Source: Mustelus asterias (Eukaryota). From it: 64,000 bases of DNA. The position numbers were made by a program, and so were the translations under genes. The notes below the pieces were generated by a model. The model did no database searches and had not been told where the DNA came from. It saw only the letters and a program-made list of their open reading frames with translations. Each line of letters starts with the position of its first letter. Position 1 is the first letter of the stretch. The DNA lies in NCBI RefSeq assembly GCF_964213995.1, contig NC_135810.1, positions 3,720,001 to 3,784,000 of the forward strand. Reading direction: 5' to 3'. Below, piece by piece: positions 8,785-20,960 of the stretch.

Positions 8785-11527
8785 TGTTATGCTGTGGATG
8801 TTATGGCATTATCAGGAGATTCCAGACTTTGTAAGGAACAAAAGGTATTTATTGATAAGAGAAACTTTGGTAAAGAGATTTATTGATAAGAGAAACTATC
8901 GCGTAGGGCTGGGAGTCTGAATGGGGAGGCATTTGTAAAATGCGTACAGGAAGGTTCTTTGGAACAATATGTAGATAGCCCGACTAGAGAGGGGGCTATA
9001 CTGGACCTAGTACTGGGGAATGAGCCCGGTCAGGTCTTCAAAGTTTTGGTAGGGGAACATGTGGCAAATAGTGACCACAATTCTGTTAGCTTTAGGATAG
9101 TGATGGAAAAGGATAAGTGGTGTCCCAAGGGTGAGGTGTTGGATTGGGGCAAGGCTAACTTTAATGGGATTAGGCAGAAATTGGCAGCTGTTGATTGGGA
9201 GAGGCTGTTTGAGGGTAAATCCACATCTGGCATGTGGGAGTCTTTTAAGGAACAGTTGTTCGGGCTGCAGGATAGGCATGTGCCTGTAAAAAAGAAGGAT
9301 AGGAAGGGTAGGATTCGAGAACCGTGGATAACCAGGGAAATTGAGAGATTGGTCAAAAAGAAAAGAGTGGCGTACGTTAGGTTCAGGCAGCTAAAAACGG
9401 AGGGAGCTCTGGAGGAATACAAAGAAAGTAAGAAAGAACTCAAACGAGGAATTAGAAGGGCAAAAAGGGGTCACGAAATGTCCTTGGCAGACAGGATTAA
9501 GGAGAATCCCAAGGCATTTTATTCATACGTTAGGAACAAAAGGGTTGTCAGGGAAAAAATCGGACCTCTCAGGGACAAAAGTGGGGAATTATGCTTAGAG
9601 CCCAAAGAAGTAGGGGAGATCCTAAATGAATACATGGCGTCGGTATTCACAAAGGAGAGGGATGTGTTGACTGGGAGTGTCTCGGAGGGGAGTGTTGAAC
9701 CGTTAGAGAAAATCTCCATTACAAGGGAGGAAGTGTGAGGTGTTTTAGGTAATATAAAGACTGACAAATCCCCAGGGCCTGATGGAATCTATCCCAGGCT
9801 GCTCCGGGAGACGAGAGATGAAATCGCTGGGCCTCTGACGCAAATCTTTGTCTCGTCACTGGACACAGGTGAGGTCCCAGAGGATTGGAGGATAGCTAAT
9901 GTGGTCCCGTTATTTAAGAAGGGTAGGAAGGATAACCCAGGAAATTATAGGCCGGTGAGCTTGACGCCCGTGGTAGGGAAGTTGTTGGAGAGGATTCTTA
10001 GAGATAGGATGTATGCGCATTTAGAAAGGAATAAACTCATTAATGATAGTCAGCATGGTTTTGTGAGAGGGAGGTCATGCCTCACTAACCTGGTGGAGTT
10101 TTTTGAAGAAGTGACTAGAATGGTTGACGAGGGAAGGGCCGTGGATGTTGTCTATATGGACTTTAGTAAAGCGTTTGACAAAGTCCCTCATGGTAGGTTG
10201 GTGCAAAAGATTGGATCTCATGGGATAAAGGGGGAAGTGGCTAGATGGGTGGAGAACTGGCTTGGTCACAGAAGACAGAGGGTGGTAGTGGAAGGGTCTT
10301 TTTCCGGCTGGATGCCTGTGACTAGTGGTGTTCCGCAGGGCTCTGTATTGGGACCTCTGCTGTTTGTGATTTATATAAACGATCTGGAAGAAGGTGTAAT
10401 TGGGGTGATCAGTAAGTTTGCGGACGACACGAAAATGGCTGGACTTGCAGATAGTGAGGAACATTGTCAGAGGCTAGAGAAGGATATAGATAGGCTGGAA
10501 ATTTGGGCAAAGAAATGGCAGATGGAGTTCAATCCAGATAAATGCGAAGTGATGCATTTTGGTAGAACTAACGTAGGGGGGAGCTGTACGATAAATGGCA
10601 GAACCATAAAGGGTGTAGATACGCAGAGGGACCTGGGTGTGCAAGTCCACAGATCCTTGAAGGTGACGTCACAGGTGGAGAAGGTAGTGAATAAGGCATA
10701 TGGCATGCTTGCCTTTATAGGACGGGGCATAGAGTATAAAAGTTGGGGTCTGATGTTGCAGTTGTATAGAACGTTGGTTTGGCCGCATTTGGAATACTGC
10801 GCCCAGTTCTGGTTGCCACACTACCGGAAGGACGTGGAGGCTTTAGAGAGAGTGCAGAGGAGGTTTACCAGGATGTTGCCAGGTATGGAAGGGCTTAGTT
10901 ATGAGGAGAGATTGGGTAAACTGGGGTTGTTCTCACTGGAAAGACGGAGGATGAGGGGTGACCTAATAGAGGTGTATAAAATTATGAATCCTCTCTCAGG
11001 CATAGATAGGGTGAACAGTGGGAAGCTTTTTCCCAGATTGGTGGTGACGTTCACGAGGGGTCATAGGTTCAAGGTGAGGGGGGGGGAGGTTTAACACGGA
11101 TATCAGAAGGACATATTTTACACAGAGGGTGGTGGGGGCCTGGAATGCGCTGCCGGGCAAGGTGGTGGAGGCGGACACACTGGGAACGTTTAAGACTTAT
11201 CTAGATAGCCACATAAACGGAGTGGGAATGAAGGGATACAAAAGAATGCTTTAGTTTGGACCAGGGAGCGGCACGGGCTTGGAGGGCCGAAGGGCCTGTT
11301 CCTGTGCTGTATTGTTCTTTTTTTGTTTGGTACAGGAAGTTTGCAGTTCTGGGCTGCCCTAGAGCAGCAGCTTCATTCCTTACATGCTTACTACATGGCT
11401 GCTCGATGATTCTGCCTGAGAGAGGATTCCACCCTCTGCTGTGATCGCTCACTCTCAGTTCCCCATTGGTCTGTCAAGTCAGGTCTGCAGTACTGTCTTA
11501 AAGAGTCAGACACCACACACACAAACA
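8785..11527 (-). mobile_element. Probable solo LTR (~310 bp) interrupted by the CR1 element
   Basis: TGTT...AACA termini, flanks gcggg/ccggg (5-bp TSD with one mismatch), minus-strand AATAAA and CCAAT. It interrupts the RTE reading frame. Confidence 0.45.
8900..11320 (+). mobile_element. Young 5'-truncated CR1 (HER1-like) LINE; ORF2 pseudogene
   Basis: ORFs 8959-9738 and 9901-11094 are one frame broken by TGA at 9736. Motifs PTREGAILDL, SDHN, PGNYRPVSLT, GVPQGSVLGP and KFADD are present, with a frameshift in the G run near 11080 and tail tgctgtattgttcttt. Confidence 0.95.
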
Positions 11528-11828
11528 CCGGGAAGATCTGCAAGATTCTGATTAGCTTGAACAGATTGATGCATTCCTCTTAGGTTACTCATCACAGAAG
11601 ACGCAGAGCCTACCAAAGAAATTTGGGCAAGACTTAACAAGGGTCATGATATTGTAAGCTCCCTTAAAAGAGTAAGGAATAACCACAGCATCTCGATTAC
11701 AATGAAAATTCATCTTGAAAGCCCTTGTGTGGCCCATGGCAATGTGTAGCTGTGAATGTTGGACCATCAATAAGAGTGACAAGGTTTGAATAGGTATATT
11801 TGAGATGAAAGGACTTGGACAGATATAA

Positions 11829-11955
11829 GGGCCAGAATTCTCCCACCCCGCCTGCCAATGGAATTCTAGCGGGTGGGGGGCAGACCATGTAAAGGTCCAT
11901 TAAAGTCAGGTGGGAATCTCCGGTTTGCAGACGAGCGCGGCCAGCGAATCCCACA
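11829..11955. mobile_element. Short MITE, same family as 4854-4980
   Basis: ggggcagaccatgtaaaggtc matches the reverse complement of gacctttccatggtctgcccc. It interrupts the RTE remnant. Confidence 0.55.
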
Positions 11956-12589
11956 CAAAGTGTGTCATGGACGGACAAGCGGACAAAGGAGTGGGTGCTC
12001 GGGAAAGCTGGTGTTAAGGAGAATTTGTTCGATGTATTGATGTTGAGGAAACTCATACATTTTGGACATGTGATGGGAAAAGGAGAGGAATGTTTGGAAA
12101 GAGAGGCACTACAAGGCAAAACACCTGGAAAACATGCACAAGGAAGACCCAAAATGGCACAGATGGATAATATCACAACATGGACTGGCCTCTCAATGGG
12201 ACAGGCAGTGAGGACAGCAGAGAACAGAAATTGGTGGAAAAATGTTCTTCCTGATGCAGTGAATCCTCGGAATGAGGTGAATGAAAGACAAGACAGAACG
12301 TGGTGTTGGTATGAAAAGGTTCTGTTCTGTTTCTCCAAGGAGATGCCATGGTTAACCTGTATTTGGGACTTTACTGTCACTGAGCAAACTGCTCCTCACC
12401 CACTGTTCAGTACAGTTCCAAGTTAAATGTCCTAACTGCCTGGGAACTGATGTAAATCAGCAGGCCATGTGCTTGTTGTATCTTCTATTAAACATTCTGA
12501 GAAGTCTTTCAGAGAGTCAGACGGTTGATCATACAGCATTGAGGAAGTATTCACTATCATTCCATTATTCAATATGACAAGTGGAGACT

Positions 12590-13200
12590 TTTTTTGCAAA
12601 AGAGCAATTGGGACTAGCTTAGAGGTTTAAAAAAAAGAGCGGCATGGACAAGTTGGGCCAAAGGGCCTGTTTCTATGCTGTAAACCTCTATGACTCTGTG
12701 ACTCTATGACTCTAAGAGGTACTGTGACCTTTACAGAAATGCCTGGAATGGATTCTCAAAAATCAGTCACTAAAATACCATACAGCACAACACTGATGAT
12801 AAAATGAAATTGGATAGATTATTGCAGACAGGTTTTCAAAGAAGAACAAAAAACAGCACAGGATCAGGCCCTTTGGCCCTCCAAGCCCATGCCGATCATG
12901 ATGCCCTAACTAAACTAAAAAAACCTTCTGCCCTTACTTGTTCAGTGTCCCTCTCTTCCCTCCCTATCCATGTACCCATCCAGATATCTCTTAAATGTTG
13001 CTAATGTGCCTGCTTCCACCACCTCCTCTGGCAGCGCATTTCAAGCACCCACCACTCCCTTAAACTTCTCCCCTGGTCTAGTCGGCACATAAGCGTCACA
13101 GGCTTGGAGGGCCGAAGGGCCTGTTCCTGTGCTGTATTGTTCTTTGTTCTTCGTTCCCCCCTCACCTTGAACCTGTGCCTCGTTGCAATTGATACATTCT
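12590..13200. mobile_element. Cluster of CR1 3'-tail fragments (plus 12590-12715; minus 12842-13200 with a nested plus piece at ~13072-13152)
   Basis: gggccgaagggcctgtt..tgtgctgta tail motif in both orientations, ending in (actctatg)n or (ttgttct)n. Confidence 0.65.
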
Positions 13201-13267
13201 TCCTTTCTTCAAGATGAGTGCGTGTGATTGAGTTTCTGTGAAAGGGTAGACTCAATCACAGATAATA

Positions 13268-13445
13268 TTTGATTTGATTTGACTTATTATTGTCACTTGT
13301 AGTGGTATACAATGAAAAGTATTGTTTCTTGTGTGCTATACCGACAAAGCATACCGTACATAGAGTGCATAGGGGAGAAGGAAAGGAGAGGATGCAGAAT
13401 GTAGTTTTATAGCCACAGCTAGGGTGTACAGAAAGATCAACTTAC
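13268..13445 (-). mobile_element. Rex1/Babar LINE 3' UTR
   Basis: Reverse complement of 738-892, starting with a (gattt)n tail. Confidence 0.8.
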
Positions 13446-13493
13446 TATGTCAGTGACATTCTTTACCCTGCAGACATTATCAGAAAGAAACCA

Positions 13494-13872
13494 TATGCAA
13501 ACCAGCCTCCCATCCATTGACTCTGTCTACACTTCCGGCTGCCTCGGCAAAGCAGCCAGCATAATTAAGGACTCCACGCAGCCCAAACATTCTCTCTTCC
13601 ACCTTCTTCCGTCGGGAAAAAGATATTAAAATCTGAGGTCACATACCAACCGACTCAAGAACAGCTTCTTCCCTGTTGCTGTCAGACTTTTGAATGGTCT
13701 TACCTTGCATTAAGTTGATCTTTCTCTACACCCCGGCTATGACTGTAACACTACATTCTGCACTCTCTTGTTTCTTTCTCTATGAATGGCACATTTTGTC
13801 TGTATAGCGTGCAGGAAACAATACTTTTCACTGTATGTTAATTCATGTGACAATAAATCAAATCAAACCAAA
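13494..13872 (+). mobile_element. Rex1/Babar LINE 3' end
   Basis: Highly similar to 524-892; (aaatc)n tail. Confidence 0.85.
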
Positions 13873-14089
13873 TACCTGAAGGCTGCTATTAATTCTTCCA
13901 CTAAGTCCAATCCTGTAAATGTACTTGCAAGGTGAAGCCTCTTGAGATATATTGAGAGTCCCATTTCCTCGCAATTTCTCCATGCATTTTTAAATGTTTC
14001 CTTGTAATATCCATTCCCTTTTAAAAGCTATTATAGATTTTGTTTCCAATAATGTTACAAATAATGTGTTCCTCTTTAAATGATAGTAG

Positions 14090-16065
14090 AGAAGGACATA
14101 AGCATGAAGAAAACTCGGTTATTAAATTGGAGGAAAACTAATTTTATGGGGAAGAGAACAGAAATTGGGAAAGTAAAATGGAGAACAATATTGGCAAACA
14201 GCATGGTAGAACAATAATGGGAAACATTTAAAGTAGTGTTCAGCAGAGTGCCAGAAAATTATATTCTGCTGAAAGGAAAGAGCAAACTAAGCATTGGTGA
14301 GACTCCATGGATAAATAAAGGCGTAAGGGAACAACTGAGGTTAGCAGATAGCTATTGTAATTCCTATATTTAGTAAGGGGAACAGAACATGTCCCAGACT
14401 GCTTAACATCTGTGGTAGAAAAAATAATGGAATCCCTACTAAGGGAGAAAATAGAAAAATATCTAGAAATAAAAAGGATAATAATGAATAGTCAACATGG
14501 ATTTTCAAAGGGAAAACCTTGTTTGACCAACCTTTTTGAACTTATTAAGGCGATAACAGAGTGAGCAGACAATGCTAATGCAGTAGATATCATTTATTTG
14601 GGTTTTCATAAAGACTAACAAGCAAGGCCAGAAAGGGCGGCATGGTGGCACAGTGGTCAGCACTGCTGCCTCAAAGCGCCAGGAACCTAGTTCGATTCCA
14701 GCCTTGGGTGACTGTGTGGAGTTTGCACGTTATCCCCATGTCTCCGTGGGTTTCCTCTGGGTTCTCCGGTTCCTCCCACAGTCCAAAGATGTGCAGATTA
14801 GGTGGTTTGGCCATGCTAAATTGTCCCTTAGTGTCCAAAGCTGTGTAGGTTAGGGATTAGTGGGGTAAATGTGTGGAGTTACGGGAATTGGATGGGTGGG
14901 TGGTCCTAAAGTAAGATGTTCTGTCTGAGGATCGGTGCAGCCTCGATGGACCGAATGGCCTCCTTTTCCACTGTAGGGATTCTAGAATTCTGTGAATGTA
15001 ATCATGGAAAAAGTGATCAAATGGACTGCTGGTTGGCTTCAAGACAGAAAGCAGAGAGTAGGAATAAAAGGTAGTTATTCAAAGTGTCAGAAAGCTGGAT
15101 GTATTGTTCCAGAGGATCAGTGCTGGGACCAATGCTGTTCACAATATTACATTAATGACTGGGCCTTTGGAATCATAACCATCATTTTAAATCTATGTTT
15201 GCAGTTTTGAGGGGAATAGCCAATATCGAGGAGTACAGCAACAAATCTCAAGAGGACTTTAAGAAACTTGCAAATTAGGCAAATAATTGGCAAAGAAGGT
15301 TCAACACAGATAAATGTGAAGTTATTATTTGGAAACTGGGAATCTAAGTGGAGTAGAAGAACAAAGGGATCTTGCAGCGTAAATACACAAATCATTAAAA
15401 GTTGCACCACAGGTTAGCAATGTCATAACAAAAAATATAACCAAACGCCAGGCTTTATTTCTAGACAGGTTATGCTAAACCTGTAGTGAATCTTGGCGAG
15501 ACCATCCTTGGAGTACTGCATGCTCACCATACTCTGAAAAGGATATGAAGACACTGACAAGGGTGCAGAGACGATTTCCAAGCATGATGCAGGAAATACT
15601 TGGGTATACGTATCAGGAAAGGATGAAGAGACTGGCTTTCATTTCTTTGAGAAAAGAAGACTAAAGAGTGACCTAATAAAGATCTTTGAAATTACAAAAT
15701 ATTTCACTGAGGTGGATACAGGGCGAATGTTGCCACTTGTTGGTAAGAGCAAACGCGAGGCTATCAACATAACATAGTCACCAAGACCAAGGTGGGAATT
15801 CAACTGGGAATTCAAAAGAAATGTCTTTATTAAAAGTGATGGGTTGTGAAACTTGCTACCACAGGGAGTAGTTCAAGTGAACAGTATAGAAACATTTTAA
15901 GGGGAGGTTAGACAAGCATATGAGAGAGAAGGGGATAGAGGGTAACGATGGTAGATTTAAATGAGGAGCAAAAGAGAGGAGGCTCGAGTGAAGCATAAAG
16001 ACCAGCATAGATTGGTTGGGCTGAATAGCCTGTTTCTTATATCCTATGTAATGTACTCCTATGTA
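14090..16065 (+). mobile_element. Old degenerate CR1 LINE with internal deletions, split by an HE1 SINE
   Basis: Remnants of NWRKTNF, SQHGF, AVDIIYLGFHK, WLQDRKQRVGIKG and a CR1 tail. Confidence 0.75.
14635..14988 (+). mobile_element. HE1-type V-SINE, full length
   Basis: Complete head, V domain and tail gaccgaatggcctcctt..cactgtagggattcta. Confidence 0.9.
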
Positions 16066-16117
16066 ATCCATTTTTTGTATTGTGTGTAAAAAGAATTCCT
16101 AATTACTTGCTCTATGC

Positions 16118-16227
16118 ATCTGGTTCATTAATGTCCTTTAGAGAAGGAAATCTGCCATCCTTACCTGGTCTGGCCTACATGTGACTCCAGAGCCACAGCA
16201 ATGTGGTTGACTCTCAACTGCCCTCTG
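16118..16227 (+). mobile_element. Internal fragment of another shark SINE family
   Basis: tctggttcattaatgtcctttag.gaaggaaatctgcc.tccttacctggtctggcctacatgtgactccaga is a recalled abundant shark repeat. Confidence 0.5.
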
Positions 16228-17511
16228 CCCTAAATTTAATCAGACATCTATCTGATCATTCTACTAACCTACTAATTTCTCCTTTAATGATTTATAGTCA
16301 TATTCACAGTTAATCATACTATTATACCCATGTCTGGTTCACTTACATAGATCATGAAGAGCAGTAGACCTAGCACTGACCCTGGGAAAGGAATACATCC
16401 TTCCTTTCCAAAAACAAGCATCCTAATAACCAGCGCTCTCTGTTTTCTGAGATTTAACTATCCAGTTTGCCTTTAATACCATGTGCCTCATATTTGTCAA
16501 CAAGCTTCCCCATGTGCACCTTATAAGACATCTTTTGAAAATCCTTATAAACAACACCTACTCATTTCCTTTATCGGCCTACTCCATAATTTCCTCAAAT
16601 AACTGCTAAATGTTTCAGATGTGCCTTTCCTTTTACAGACCTACGCTGACTGCCCTAATTAAGCCTTGTCTTTCTAGGTGACTATCAAGATGAAACAAGA
16701 GCAGTGGGTTACATTCATCTTGAAGAATGCTGATCAAAATGTTTATTCATAGTCTGATCCCAGATTTTACCTTTTTGCAGTTTTATCAACTAGTCCTCCC
16801 ACTCTTAAAGCCATGTATATTTGAGCATCTTTTCTGAGGGTGTTGACTTACTGCTGAGCGACACGTGTCTCTGATACCTTTCTCAAATAGCTAGCAATCG
16901 TTGTGAGCCTTTTAGTCAATCTTAGCAGGCTAGTTAACCACAACAGGTAGCACAGCCAAACCAATCTTGTCCTCATCTGATGTGTTTTTTTGTGCTTATC
17001 AGAAGGAACACTCAAGAGCAATCATGAGCAGGAACAAGACACTGCACGTGTTCTACCAACCAAGGGACAATAGTGCCAAATATAACAAAGCTAGTTGTCA
17101 CCATAACTGAGAACAGCAAATATCACAAATATTCATTATACTCCTACAAATTACATGACATATTTTAAAACAAATTGCAATCTTCAATCCATATGAAAGT
17201 TCAGCTTACTTTTTCATATGATTTATTATTCATAAAATCTCTACAGTGCAGAAGGAGGCCATTCGGCCCATCGAGTCTGCACCAACCACAATCCCACCCA
17301 GGCTCTATCCCCTGCATTTTACCCTAGCTAGTCCCCCTGACACTAAGGGGCAATTTAGCATGGCCAATCCACCTAACCTACACATCTTTGGACTGTGGGA
17401 AGAAACTGGAGCACCCACAGGAAACCCACGCAGACACGGAGAGAACGTGCAAACTCCACACAGACAGTGACCCAAGGCCAGAATCGAACCCGGGTCCCTG
17501 GAGCTGTGAGG

Positions 17512-17657
17512 TAAATTGAATTTGTGTCTTTATATGCTCTGTTTGTGAACAGAACTCCCACTCACCTGATGAAGGAGCAGCGCTCTGAAAGCTTGTGGCT
17601 TGTGCTACCAAATAAACCTGTTGGACTTTAACCTGGTGTTGTGAGACTTCTTACTGT
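17512..17657 (+). mobile_element. Penelope-like terminal repeat (pLTR) fragment with target-site duplication
   Basis: Flanked by gctgtgagg (17503-17511) and gctgcgagg (17658-17666). Contains a hammerhead core and AATAAA; its 3' part matches the arms at 40712-40789. Confidence 0.7.
17562..17598 (+). ncRNA. Minimal type I hammerhead ribozyme motif
   Basis: UCAC CUGAUGA A GGAGC agc GCUCU GAA AG CU U GUGG: canonical core, 5-bp stem II, palindromic stem III, NUH = CUU, stem I UCAC/GUGG. Confidence 0.65.
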
Positions 17658-18028
17658 GCTGCGAGGCAGCAGTGTTAACCACTGTGCCACCATGCCACCC
17701 TTAGAAATGGAATCATAGATTAATGAAACATAAAGCACAGAAGGTGCCTTTCACCCCCTGGTGCCCGTGCTAGCTCCTCAAAGAACAATCACACATAGTC
17801 TCACATCCTGCTTTTTGTCTGTAAGTTCCTCATCCTCAAGTGTCTGTCCAACTTCCTTTTAAAATTATTTATGGAATCAGTTTCTACCATATTTTCAGGT
17901 GGAAAGTTCCTGACAACTCTCTCAGTGAAAATATTCTCAAGAGCTACTCTCTGGAATCATTTACCAATGATTTTGAATCCATGATCTTTTGTTAGATCCA
18001 ATTGCCGGAGGGAATATTTTTTCTCAAT

Positions 18029-18881
18029 TGCGATGGAATCCATATTTTCAAAGCTTGTATTTATTTTGAGACAGACTCTATCAAAAAGGGAAACTGGAAA
18101 GAAAAGCTGAGAAAGGAAACTGACCCTTCCAGTTTCTACGAAAACTGAGACTGAAACTGAGATTGGAAACTAAAACTTCAGGGGAGACTGAAAGTGGTTG
18201 AAACCATATAAAAGAGTCCAGAGCTGTCAGATCTCAGATGGTGATTTCAGTGGTGTAGGACAGGCAAACTGAAGAAAGTGGAGGATAGACCAGGAAGCTG
18301 AGAATAAACAAAGATACCATTGCTGCAGCTGTTTCTGTTACTTGAAGGAAACATTGATAGACCTACACCATCCAGACCATCATAAGCAGAGTTCAGGCAG
18401 CTCTGTGGACATCTGCCATTTTTGATTAAGATCGTGCCCATGGAGATCAGGTTACTTCTGCACTGTGGTCAACTGGAGATCAGACTACATCCTAGCAGAA
18501 AAGAAGTTGAAATTGTTCATGAGAAAGACAGAGTTTTGAAGAACTTTGTGACTGAGGTTGGTGACATTATGCTGAATGGACTGCTGAGTCAATTCATAAG
18601 CTCTTCATTGTTTCTGCCATTTAAGGTGTAACTTATACTTCATAATCAGCTGCAATTTATCTGTTAATTGAGTTTAACTTATATTTGTTCTATGTTTCAG
18701 AGTATAGGTGTTTGCCTAAAATAGTACTCTGTGTTTGTTTTGTTTGACTCTTGTATTGTTAAAAAAAACATTGTTTTAAACTGTGAAGTCTTGTGGCTTC
18801 ATTCCTTTAGTAAATTGCTAGGATTTCAGATTCCTTCCTTTTATTTAAAACTAGTTACTGGTCTCGACCAAGATTGTAGCA
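18029..18881 (+). mobile_element. Probable solo LTR inserted in CR1
   Basis: TG...CA ends, internal tataaaa near 18208 and a T-rich 3' part. CR1 sequence continues on both sides; no clear TSD. Confidence 0.4.
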
Positions 18882-20126
18882 CTGACTACCTTATCAAAAT
18901 CTTCCATCATTTTGAAAACATCTGTTAAGACACCTCTCAATCTCCTGTGCTCCAAGGAGAATGGTACTAACTTTTCCAAGCTCTCTTCGTAAATGAAGTC
19001 CTCACCCCTGGTAATATCCTGGATTACCTCCTCTGTACCGTCTCTGAAGTCTTTACATTTTTTCTCAAGTGTAATGCCCAGAATTGCCTACAATATTCCA
19101 ACTACACGTAACCAGTGATTTATAACGTTCTAGCATGATCCATTTGTTATTTTATTCTATTCTTCTATTTTTAAGCACAAGTAACACATTTGTTTTAATA
19201 GTTTCCTTATCAAGTTGCCTAACCACCTTTAAGGGTTTGTTTATATGGGCACCAGGTCTCTCTGCTCATTAGCACTTTTCAAAACCATGCCATTTATAGT
19301 ATACTGTCTTTCTATATTTAGTCCTCTCAACATGCATCATTTCACACTTCTCTACATTGAAGCAGTGCAATAATTCTGCCCATTTTACCATCCTGTCTAA
19401 GTCATCCTGAACCCTCTAGCTATCCTCATCAATATCTACAACATTTTAAAGTTTTGTACCATGTACAAACTTTATAATGCTTTTCCCTAAACCCAAGACT
19501 AGGTCACTTATAAAAATCAAACACCTCCATTCTTTGTTCTTGTCAGTGGACCAATCCATATCTCCAATTTTCCCTTAATACCATCTTCTCAATAAGCTCG
19601 TAGTAGCTTCCACTCTGTTGATAGCTTTACAAAAGTCTAGATAAATGCATGGTTCTCCCCAGGTTTTTCAAAGACAATCTTAAAGTCTCTATGAAGATCT
19701 GCTCTATTAACATCAACATATAGGAAGCTGATGACTAATTCTGATCAAAATACAATCCATCATTGAAAATGGGGCCAAAATCATCCAATCAACAAGGCAG
19801 CTACTGAGAGAAAGCTGAGGGAGATGGAAAGAGAAGGCAGTTCCTCAAGCCAACAATCTGCAACCATCTCTACCAGTCAATATTTCTCCTGGTGGGAAAG
19901 TTTGCAAGGCAGAAATGTGACTCATAAAGCCATCTGCAAACTCATAACCAACACTCACATCACACTTCTACCCAGCTGTCCACAAGAAAGAATCATCCTT
20001 GACACTAGGAATTGCTGATGATGCATATGAAACATCAACTGAAATATTGTACCTTGCTCAACTTTCTCTGCTACCACATCAAAGAATCCAATGAAGTTAG
20101 CAAGATATGATTTTTCTTTAACAAAT

Positions 20127-20233
20127 TCATAGATAGAACATAGAACAGTACAGCACAGAACAGGCCCTTCGGCCCACGATGTTGTGCCGAGCTTTATCTG
20201 AAACCAAGATCAAGCTATCCCACTCCCTATCAT
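20127..20233 (-). mobile_element. Young CR1 3' tail fragment
   Basis: Identical to 4050-4145. Confidence 0.75.
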
Positions 20234-20744
20234 CAAATTCATGCCGGCATTCCTTGAATAATCTATACCTTTCCAAATGAAATTCCCCACCGAGTCGCCT
20301 GTAGTTTCCTGGTTTATCTCTTTTCTTGAATAATGATATGACATTAGCAACCTTCCAGTCCATAGGCATTACTTCTGTATCTAATGAGAATTGAAAGTTG
20401 TTGAGATTGCAATATAGATTATTGCAAAGAGTGCCCTGTAATATAATGTAAACTTCATGCAGAAACCATGATCCTTAATGTTCACACTTGTGTTTAGTAA
20501 TATCACCTGAAATCCCAGAATAAACATACTTTTGTCGTTCTGCCCAGAATTCCACGTCCATTTATCCAACTAAAAGTCTTGCATTTAGAGTGTGTATTTA
20601 CGAAAATGTCTATCACACACTAAAGTGTCACACAAAAAAATCTTTCATTAATTAAGTATCTTGTTTACAAAACGTACTGATTAACACAAATTTTCTGATT
20701 AGGTCAACTATCATAAGAAGAAAAAAATCAATCACATCGGATGA

Positions 20745-20960
20745 CATAGATAGATTGCACAGCACAGGCCATTCAGCCCAACTGGTGCATACTTGTGTTT
20801 ATGCTCCAGATGGGACTCCTGCCACCCCTCTTCACCCTCACCCACCATGAGAATCCTCCTCTATTCCTTCCTCGTGTATCTTCTAGTTTCCTCCTTCATG
20901 TACCTGTGCTATTCCCCCTCAACTACTCCTTGCTGTGACGACTCCCACGTTCGTTCTTAA
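20745..20960 (-). mobile_element. Old CR1 3' tail fragment
   Basis: aggccattcagcccaactgg...tgtttatgctcca; reverse-similar to 15850-16035. Confidence 0.55.

Larger units (their letters stand above)
8600..12300 (+). mobile_element. Old RTE (BovB-like) LINE 3' region, split by LTR, CR1 and MITE insertions
   Basis: Left part: GIPIGGQRVLNLQCAADIILLANSVEEL (degenerate YADD region). Right part: LKALVWPMAMCSCECWTI and SWTDKRTKEWVL...RKLIHFGHVM...QGKTPGK..QGRPK. Confidence 0.7.
17230..17700 (-). mobile_element. HE1-type V-SINE split by a Penelope-like insertion
   Basis: Body at 17230-17511; head resumes at 17658-17700. Confidence 0.9.
17725..20400 (-). mobile_element. Fragmented old CR1 LINE with nested insertions
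   Basis: CR1 tail near 17725, RT remnants at 18885-19640, and DWKVANVISLFKKRDKPGNYR at ~20300-20365 on the minus strand. Confidence 0.7.
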
